This document shows, piece by piece, positions 1-6,054 of a DNA stretch of 32,000 nt (its first letter is position 1; each line of letters starts with the position of its first letter). Source of the DNA: an uncultured Opitutales bacterium (GTDB lineage Bacteria; Verrucomicrobiota; Verrucomicrobiia; Opitutales; UBA9783); the NCBI GenBank assembly GCA_934691225.1, contig CAKUSQ010000002.1, positions 27,372 to 59,371 of the forward strand, read 5' to 3'. The position numbers were made by a program, and so were the translations under genes. The notes beneath the pieces were generated by a model that saw nothing but the letters and a program-made list of their open reading frames with translations, made no database searches and was not told the DNA's origin.

Positions 1-495
1 TAGAAGAGGATCAAGCGTATTTCGAATAACAAAGTAGAGTAGGGTACTTAAAAATAGAATTTTTGCAGCTGATTTTAAAAATTCAACTAAATTTTTTAAT
101 GAAAATATTTGTTTAACCTTGGAGATAGGATTGAGTTTGCTGAAATTAGGTTTGATAGATTCGAAGGATAATAGTAATCCAAACTGAAAAACATTAGCTA
201 TAACGCCGGTTAAAAATACCAATAAAACAAGGGGTAGAATTACTTTAACACCAATGGCTAAACAGGCTAATCCCATTTGGTTGCAGGCGGCAATAAAAGG
301 TTCCTTGAAGAAATTGTTTGGAACTACAATGAGATCAATCAAGGTTTTAAGAATGTACTCACGTCGCATACCGAAGTACGCAAAAATAACGATTAATAGC
401 GCAGTTGAAGTAACATCTTTGCTATTAGCAACTTGCCCTTTCTTACGTGCATCACGGAGTTTTTTTGCGGTTGGTTGTTCTGTTTTTTCACTCAT
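1..495 (-). CDS. sctU: Type III secretion export-apparatus switch protein SctU (YscU/CdsU/FlhB family), N-terminal ~165 aa only; gene continues beyond the left window edge
   Basis: Absent from the ORF track because no stop falls in the window. My minus-strand translation from ATG 495-493 gives MSEKTEQPTAKKLRDARKKGQVANSKDVTSTALLIVIF...FESIKPNFSKLNPISKVKQIFSLKNLVEFLKS. The EKTEQPTxKKxRDARKKGQV N-terminus and the IKPxxxKxNPxxGxKxIFS segment are hallmarks of YscU/FlhB. The ATG overlaps the sctT stop (ATGA at 492-495). Confidence 0.85.
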   Translation of the reverse strand, partial: MSEKTEQPTAKKLRDARKKGQVANSKDVTSTALLIVIFAYFGMRREYILKTLIDLIVVPNNFFKEPFIAACNQMGLACLAIGVKVILPLVLLVFLTGVIANVFQFGLLLSFESIKPNFSKLNPISKVKQIFSLKNLVEFLKSAAKILFLSTLLYFVIRNTLDPLL

Positions 496-1295
496 GATCG
501 CGTTAAGATTTTTATAAGATTTGTAGCATAGTTATGCGATTCAAATGTGTTACAAAAATAGTGCATTAAGTAGGAAAGGTAGAGGATGAAAAAAAACATG
601 GCTAGTTCACTCTTTATCGGCATGGATAGAAAGAATACATTAAGTTGGGGCGCAAATCTTGTAACTAAGCCGAGGCCAAATTCAGATAAGAATAGAATAA
701 AAAATATAGGACCTCCCAGCAAAACAATTTTTATAAATAGTTGACTACCCATATGGTCATTAAAAAATTGAGTGCCATGAATTTGAAAAAAATCAAATGC
801 GGTAAATACAGGTATTTTTTCATAACTCCAATAGAAAACGCGCATAAATCCTAAAAAACCGCCTGTAACCAATGCAAGAACCATAACAAATTTAAGCAAA
901 AAATCACCTAGTGGACTTGTTTGCGAATTGGATAATGGGTCAAATAAGCTAGCCATAGATGCACCACGTTGTGTATCTATAAGGAAACCAACGCTTTGGG
1001 CCGCATAAAAAATAAAATTAGATAACCATCCGAGCACCATTCCTAAAAGAACTTCTTTCATGGATATTCCAAATAGAAGTATGATGGGATTTGTGTACAA
1101 TTGTTTGAGACCTTCTACGTATAGTTGAGGAAACAGGGGAAAAGCTAAGGCAACAATGACGGCTCTGCGGGCAGTTCCTGTTAGATATTGCGATGAGAAA
1201 AATATAGAAACGGAGCAAAATCCAAGGATTCGGCTGCAACAAACCCAAAGAATTGTAAGATTGTCTAGAAAGGGTTTTACCTGTTCAAAATTCAT
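492..1295 (-). CDS. sctT: Type III secretion export-gate protein SctT (YscT/FliR family)
   Basis: 267-aa polytopic membrane protein of the right size, placed between sctS and sctU and ATGA-coupled to both. The call rests on position and membrane character; family motifs are weak by eye. Confidence 0.75.
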   Translation of the reverse strand: MNFEQVKPFLDNLTILWVCCSRILGFCSVSIFFSSQYLTGTARRAVIVALAFPLFPQLYVEGLKQLYTNPIILLFGISMKEVLLGMVLGWLSNFIFYAAQSVGFLIDTQRGASMASLFDPLSNSQTSPLGDFLLKFVMVLALVTGGFLGFMRVFYWSYEKIPVFTAFDFFQIHGTQFFNDHMGSQLFIKIVLLGGPIFFILFLSEFGLGLVTRFAPQLNVFFLSMPIKSELAMFFFILYLSYLMHYFCNTFESHNYATNLIKILTRS

Positions 1296-1564
1296 TTACC
1301 TGTCCAACGTTTAATGAGCATAAATATAGAATCCATGTAACGAATTAATTCACTTCCCATCCAGTGCGCTGTTAGGATTAAAACAAGTGTTATGCATATA
1401 AGACGAACAGCAAAACTAAGGGTTTGTTCTTGCACTTGAGTCAATGCTTGCAGCAAACTGACGCCAAGCCCTACAAATGTTGCTAATAAAATGGAAGGTA
1501 AGGATAGCAACAACACCAGAGACATGGCATCTGAAGACAATGAAACGATTATCGATGAGTCCAT
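1292..1564 (-). CDS. sctS: Type III secretion export-gate protein SctS (YscS/FliQ family)
   Basis: 90 aa with two hydrophobic helices. The core LLQALTQVQEQTLSF matches the YscS VQALTQIQEQTLGF motif more closely than the FliQ motif. Confidence 0.85.
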   Translation of the reverse strand: MDSSIIVSLSSDAMSLVLLLSLPSILLATFVGLGVSLLQALTQVQEQTLSFAVRLICITLVLILTAHWMGSELIRYMDSIFMLIKRWTGK

Positions 1565-1629
1565 TATAATAGATTAAGTCGCTAACTTCAACTTTTCTGT
1601 GCTTTAATATGTATTAAATCTAAAACATA

Positions 1630-1968
1630 TTACTTTTGAAAGTGTCCTAAACTTACAACCACATTTTCGTAAATAGGGAATAGCTCTATAAAACCAGAAA
1701 TTTCAAAGATTTGCCTGACTAAATCATTAACGTGAGCTATAGCTAGTCGTCCAGAATTTTTCTTAATTGTTTTTGCGAGTTTTAAAAGTACGCGTAACCC
1801 AGCACTGCTGATGAAATCTAAGTTTGTACCATCAATCAGTACATTATTTTCATTTTGGTCTAAGATTTTTTTGCAAGTAGCTTCAAGTTTTGGGGCACTG
1901 GAAGCGTCCGCACGACCTTTAATGGTTAAAATTACAACGTTTTCTATTTTATTGAGTCCTACTTCCAT
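1630..1968 (-). CDS. STAS-domain anti-sigma-factor antagonist (RsbV/SpoIIAA/BtrV-like)
   Basis: 112 aa. LTIKGRADASSAPKLE...LIDGTNLDFISSAGLRVLLKLAK...FEISGF is the canonical STAS pattern, including the phosphorylatable Ser in DFISSAGL. Confidence 0.85.
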   Translation of the reverse strand: MEVGLNKIENVVILTIKGRADASSAPKLEATCKKILDQNENNVLIDGTNLDFISSAGLRVLLKLAKTIKKNSGRLAIAHVNDLVRQIFEISGFIELFPIYENVVVSLGHFQK

Positions 1969-1981
1969 GTTTGAGTCCTAT

Positions 1982-1998
1982 TTAAATGCTGCATTTAA
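1982..1998. promoter_or_regulatory. Perfect 17-bp palindrome TTAAATGC-T-GCATTTAA, 14 nt upstream of the STAS gene ATG; candidate operator or 5'-UTR hairpin
   Basis: Read directly from the sequence: 8-1-8 inverted repeat in the divergent intergenic region between the STAS gene and the lipoprotein gene. Confidence 0.3.
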
Positions 1999-2068
1999 TC
2001 GAACATTACACTTGATAATCTAAAAAAAATTTTACAAAATGGCAAGTGAATTTTTTGAAAGTGTGTTT

Positions 2069-2596
2069 ATGCGGGATTGGTTTTTAAAAAAAATATGCGT
2101 GTACTTGATGTTTTTTGTTTTATCAGGGTGTGCACGTTATCGATCGGGTTACCCTATTAGCCAGACTTTTATAAAAACAATTTACGTAGCTCCCGCTGTT
2201 CAGCGTGCGATTGTTCCACAAATGTCAGCTACGTTATCGCGACAAATTCGTGAAGAAATTATTAGAAATAGTAACCTTAGATTGGTCGATAAAGGTTGCG
2301 CAGATGTGGAATTAGAAACAACGATTACAAATTATGGTCGTTCGATTGGAACGGTGGATGAGTACGATCCTGATACAGCAAAAACATTATCGTTAAATGC
2401 TTCTATTTGTTGCAATTTAAAACGTTCAGATGGGCATTATATTTTTAAAAATCAAACCTTTTCTTCAAGCATTAGTATCAATGCTAATAATTCTGCACAA
2501 GCTTTGGAATATCAACGTTTACCTCAATTGGCTCGGGAATTAGCAAAGAAGATTACGACTCGAATTATGAATCTTGATGCATCCATAAATAGATGA
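2069..2596 (+). CDS. Lipoprotein, possibly LptE-like LPS-assembly lipoprotein
   Basis: The ORF track starts at 2039. The internal Met at 2069 gives a signal peptide MRDWFLKKICVYLMFFVLSGC with lipobox L-S-G-C. Size (~175 aa) and a mixed beta-rich pattern fit LptE, but the family assignment is tentative. Confidence 0.5.
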   Translation: MRDWFLKKICVYLMFFVLSGCARYRSGYPISQTFIKTIYVAPAVQRAIVPQMSATLSRQIREEIIRNSNLRLVDKGCADVELETTITNYGRSIGTVDEYDPDTAKTLSLNASICCNLKRSDGHYIFKNQTFSSSISINANNSAQALEYQRLPQLARELAKKITTRIMNLDASINR

Positions 2597-3225
2597 CTAT
2601 AAAATCGATTGAATGGTTGCCTTCATTGTTTGCAGCTGATCCGCTTAATTTGTCCGCGGGGATGGATAAAATTGTAAATTCAAATTTGAACAGTGTGCAT
2701 TTGGATATTATGGATGGACATTTTGTTCGTAATTTTAGTTTAGGTTTGAATGTTGTCTCAGCGGTAAAAGAAAGATACCCGAATGTATTTAGAGATGTTC
2801 ATTTAATGTTACAACATCCAGAAGATTTTATCCAAAAATTTATCCAAGCAGGAGCTCAGCGTATTTTTATTCATTGTGAAATACCTAGAAAATCTTTAGA
2901 AAAGAGTATAGATCTATTAAAAGAAAGTGGTATAGAATGGGGGATAGCTATCAATCCAGAGACGCCATTGCTAATTTTGCAATCTTATTCTTATCAGGTT
3001 CCGATAATGGATATGCATAGAGTATTGTTAATGAGTGTTTATCCTGGATTAAGTGGGCAACCTTTTATTGAAGATACCGTAAATCGTGTACGCGATTTAC
3101 ATAAATGTTTTCCGCAGCTTGAAATTTGTGTAGATGGTGGTATTAATGAAACAATCGCGCAATCGTTGACAAAATTAGGTACATTTCATTTTGTGGTAGG
3201 ATCTTCTTTTTTTAATGATAAATAA
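2593..3225 (+). CDS. rpe: Ribulose-phosphate 3-epimerase
   Basis: LPSLFAADPLNL...VHLDIMDGHFVRNFSLG...HLM...VDGGIN are typical Rpe TIM-barrel motifs. ATGA overlap with the upstream lipoprotein gene. Confidence 0.9.
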   Translation: MTIKSIEWLPSLFAADPLNLSAGMDKIVNSNLNSVHLDIMDGHFVRNFSLGLNVVSAVKERYPNVFRDVHLMLQHPEDFIQKFIQAGAQRIFIHCEIPRKSLEKSIDLLKESGIEWGIAINPETPLLILQSYSYQVPIMDMHRVLLMSVYPGLSGQPFIEDTVNRVRDLHKCFPQLEICVDGGINETIAQSLTKLGTFHFVVGSSFFNDK

Positions 3226-3269
3226 GGGTTTAAGTCCTTAGATTGTTTACAAAATACCTAAAATCTTCC

Positions 3270-3297
3270 TGGACCTTTATGCTTAATTAAGTATAAT
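3270..3297 (+). promoter_or_regulatory. Putative sigma70-type promoter for pfp (TGGACC-16 nt-TATAAT)
   Basis: A perfect TATAAT at 3292-3297 lies only 10 nt before ATG 3308. No Shine-Dalgarno sequence in between. Confidence 0.3.
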
Positions 3298-3307
3298 ATA
3301 GTTATTT

Positions 3308-4507
3308 ATGAAAGTAGCGATATTGACTTCAGGTGGACTTGCCCCGTGTTTATCAGCAGCGGTAGGAGGATTAATTCATCGGTACAATGAACTGGATCCA
3401 ACTATAGAAATTATGGTTTATTTAAATGGGTATCAAGGTTTACTGTTAGGACAGTCACGTGTAATTTCCAAAAAAGCTCAAAATGAAGCTTTAACGTTAT
3501 TAAATTTCGGCGGAAGTCCTTTAGGAAACAGTCGTGTAAAATTATCTAATGCTAAAGACTGTGAAAAGAAAGGATTAATCCAGGCAGGTGAAAATCCATT
3601 TGAAGTATCTGCTAAACGTTTAATGGCAGATAAAGTTGATATTTTACATACCATAGGTGGAGATGATACAAGCACAACAGCGGCAGAATTATCTCAATTT
3701 TTGAAAAAACACGATTATCCATTATCTATAGTTGGTTTGCCCAAGACCGTGGATAATGATATTGTGCCTATTCGTTGCAGTTTGGGAGCAACAACCGCAG
3801 CTGAGCAAGGAGCTGTATTTTTTGAACATGTGGTTCATGAGCATAGTGCAAATCCAAAAATGTTAGTTATCCATGAAGTGATGGGGCGTCATTGTGGTTG
3901 GCTTACTTATGAAACAGCAAGGATTTATACAGAACGTCTTGAGCGAAAAGTCTTTGTTGAAGCTTTAGGTTTTCCTAAGGACAAGTTTTCTATCCATGGC
4001 ATTTATGTCCCAGAAATAGAATTTAATTTGGAAGCAGAAGTTCAACGTTTGCAGCCAATATTTAATAATTTAGGTTGTTTAAATCTTTTTGTGAGTGAAG
4101 GCGCGTGCGTTTCAGCTATTATGCATGCTTTAGAAGCCAGTGGGGAAGTGCTAGAGCGTGATGCTTTTGGACATGTAAAACTGGATAAAATCAATGCTGG
4201 TAAATGGATTGGCGAGCAGTTGCTCAAACGATTAGGCGCACAAAAAATGCTAGTTCAGAAAAGTGGTTATTTTGCACGTTCTTCAGCTGCTAATGCTTTT
4301 GATTTAAATTTAATTCAATCATGTGTAGATTATGCAGTTGAATGTGCTTTAAAACATCAAAGTGGTCTTGTGGGACATGATGAACAGCAAGAGGGTCGTT
4401 TGCGTTGTATTGAGTTTGAGAGAATTTCTGGCGGAAAACCTTTAAATATAAAAGATGAGAAAGTTATAAGTTTTTTGCAAAGTATCAACGGAAAATCTTT
4501 TAAATAA
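3308..4507 (+). CDS. pfp: Pyrophosphate-dependent 6-phosphofructokinase (short ~400-aa type)
   Basis: MKVAILTSGGLAPCLS, GGDDTSTTA (Asp where ATP-PFKs have GGDGS), PKTVDNDI (Lys where ATP-PFKs have GTIDND), and MGRHCGWL. Confidence 0.85.
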   Translation: MKVAILTSGGLAPCLSAAVGGLIHRYNELDPTIEIMVYLNGYQGLLLGQSRVISKKAQNEALTLLNFGGSPLGNSRVKLSNAKDCEKKGLIQAGENPFEVSAKRLMADKVDILHTIGGDDTSTTAAELSQFLKKHDYPLSIVGLPKTVDNDIVPIRCSLGATTAAEQGAVFFEHVVHEHSANPKMLVIHEVMGRHCGWLTYETARIYTERLERKVFVEALGFPKDKFSIHGIYVPEIEFNLEAEVQRLQPIFNNLGCLNLFVSEGACVSAIMHALEASGEVLERDAFGHVKLDKINAGKWIGEQLLKRLGAQKMLVQKSGYFARSSAANAFDLNLIQSCVDYAVECALKHQSGLVGHDEQQEGRLRCIEFERISGGKPLNIKDEKVISFLQSINGKSFK

Positions 4508-4595
4508 AGTTGTAAAAAAAGGATAATCTTTTGTTTTTTTAAGATTTTATTATTTTTTAATTTACTTTAAAATAAAATTGAATCAAATAGAAAAC

Positions 4596-5279
4596 ATGTC
4601 TGTATCACTTCCAAAATTGAACTGGTGTATCGTTAGATTAGGAAACGATTATAATTGGTGGGTTAAAGAAATTAGTGATTCTATTCACTGGGGGGTTGAT
4701 TGCCTCAGTTTGTTGGATCCAAAACAGGTAGCTTACTTATTGGAATTGACAGACGATTTAAAAGATTACGGGTTTTCACCCGATATGTTGGATCGTGCTT
4801 TTTTCCGTTTTAAAATCGATAAGCGTATAGGGGAAGACTTAGTGCGTTTGGTAAGAACAGAACAGAGTTTGAGCGATAGTGAAGAGCCTCTGTTTGCTTT
4901 ACCAGACATCATCGATGAGGAGAAGGGGCCTTACGTAGATTTTCTAGATTATATCACAAAATTGCGCGTTAGACTTCTAAATGATAGTATCGATTTTGAG
5001 AAAACTCTTTCTTCAGAGGAAGTCACTGAGGAATTAACAGAAAAGTACCGTTTGGAATATTTCGAAGGAGCTTGTGTTCATGTGTATCGTGAATTGACAG
5101 ATATATTGGAGTATGTCCCAGAAGGGTTTGATCTAGATAAAGAAGAGAAAAAGTTGTCTATGGATGACTATGAAAATGTCGATACTGGTGATATTGATGA
5201 GGAAACAATAGAAGAAGATGAAACCATGCGTTGGGATGATTGGGATGAATCAATTGAAAATAAAAATTTGAAAAAATAA
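4596..5279 (+). CDS. Hypothetical, strongly acidic protein (no recognisable domain)
   Basis: Long ORF in an otherwise empty interval. I prefer ATG 4596 over the track's TTG at 4578. The C-terminal third is rich in D/E (DTGDIDEETIEEDETMRWDDWDES). Confidence 0.6.
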   Translation: MSVSLPKLNWCIVRLGNDYNWWVKEISDSIHWGVDCLSLLDPKQVAYLLELTDDLKDYGFSPDMLDRAFFRFKIDKRIGEDLVRLVRTEQSLSDSEEPLFALPDIIDEEKGPYVDFLDYITKLRVRLLNDSIDFEKTLSSEEVTEELTEKYRLEYFEGACVHVYRELTDILEYVPEGFDLDKEEKKLSMDDYENVDTGDIDEETIEEDETMRWDDWDESIENKNLKK

Positions 5280-5320
5280 TCTTGATTTAATTTCTTTTAT
5301 TTGTGATCCTAAAAGTAGAT

Positions 5321-5395
5321 GGCACGGTAGCCAAGTGGTAAGGCAGGAGTCTGCAAAACTTCTATACGTCGGTTCAATTCCGACCCGTGCCTCCA
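5321..5395 (+). tRNA. tRNA-Cys (anticodon GCA), CCA encoded
   Basis: Cloverleaf folded by hand. Acceptor GGCACGG/CCGTGCC; D arm GCCA..AGGC with the A13:A22 mismatch typical of tRNA-Cys. Anticodon stem GGAGT/ACTTC with loop CT-GCA-AA. T arm GTCGG-TTCAATT-CCGAC. Discriminator U73, then CCA. Confidence 0.95.
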
Positions 5396-6046
5396 ATGGA
5401 CTATATGGACCAACATCAAAAAGAGTGGCGCGAATTTAAAATAAGGCGTTTTCGACTTTTAAAAAAGTTTTTGCGTTATTTGCCATCTCGTTCTACCTTG
5501 AGAAAAAACTTTATCTTTAAACGATGGGGTAGAGTTTTATTGGATAAATATCCAAAGTTGTGGTCTTTTTCATACGAGCCTATGAAGGCTGCGTACTATG
5601 CAGGTTGGATTTTAACATTTTTGCCGGTTATGGGAATACAGATCCCATTAGCCATCTTACTAGCGCTTATTTTTAAAGGAAACGTGATGGTTTTGATAGC
5701 GTTGCAAATGATATCAAATCCACTTACAGTAGGTTTTTTATGGACGTTTGAATATCATCTAGGTAAGTTTGTTTTATCATTTTTGCCTGTAAAAAATCAA
5801 ATTTTAGTGCAAACTTCAGTGGTTGAAACCTTAGGACAAGGTGGGAAAGGGGTTGCATTTATCAAAGCGACATTAGCTATTTGTTTAGGTGGGATCATTT
5901 GTGGAATTATTTGTGGAAAAATTTCCTGTTGCATTCACAAATATGTTTTGAAGCATATGATGTTAAGCTACGAGCAATTTGTTGAAAAGAAGAAGAAAAA
6001 ATTAAAGCAATTGAAAAAATCTTCGAAAACTTTTCTATCAAAATAA
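5396..6046 (+). CDS. DUF2062-family membrane protein
   Basis: The track start (GTG 5387) lies inside the tRNA, so ATG 5396 (or 5405) is more plausible. The pattern PMKAAYYAGWILTFLPVMGIQIPLAILLALIFKGNVMVLIALQMISNPLT matches the DUF2062 pattern (G..P..G.Q...A..LA...R.N........NP.T). Confidence 0.7.
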   Translation: MDYMDQHQKEWREFKIRRFRLLKKFLRYLPSRSTLRKNFIFKRWGRVLLDKYPKLWSFSYEPMKAAYYAGWILTFLPVMGIQIPLAILLALIFKGNVMVLIALQMISNPLTVGFLWTFEYHLGKFVLSFLPVKNQILVQTSVVETLGQGGKGVAFIKATLAICLGGIICGIICGKISCCIHKYVLKHMMLSYEQFVEKKKKKLKQLKKSSKTFLSK

Positions 6047-6054
6047 TTTGTAAA

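Noticed and set aside
254-517. 87-aa plus-strand ORF at the left end
   Set aside because: It lies antisense to the clearly recognisable sctU N-terminus (MSEKTEQPT…). It has shadow-ORF composition and no motif.
1-1564. Possibility that these are the flagellar genes fliQ-fliR-flhB rather than an injectisome
   Set aside because: The SctS core (LQALTQVQEQTLSF) and the SctU N-terminus match YscS/YscU-type sequences best by eye. No other flagellar genes are present. Not fully excluded, because FlhB N-termini can be similar; a phylogeny would settle it.
5387-5395. GTG start of the DUF2062 ORF as given in the ORF track
   Set aside because: These 9 nt are the 3' acceptor strand and CCA of tRNA-Cys. 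ATG 5396 or 5405 is a more plausible start.
5280-6046. tRNA-Cys as the integration site of a genomic island or prophage
   Set aside because: I saw no integrase, no recombinase, no direct repeat of the tRNA 3' end, and no compositional break. The flanking genes are ordinary.
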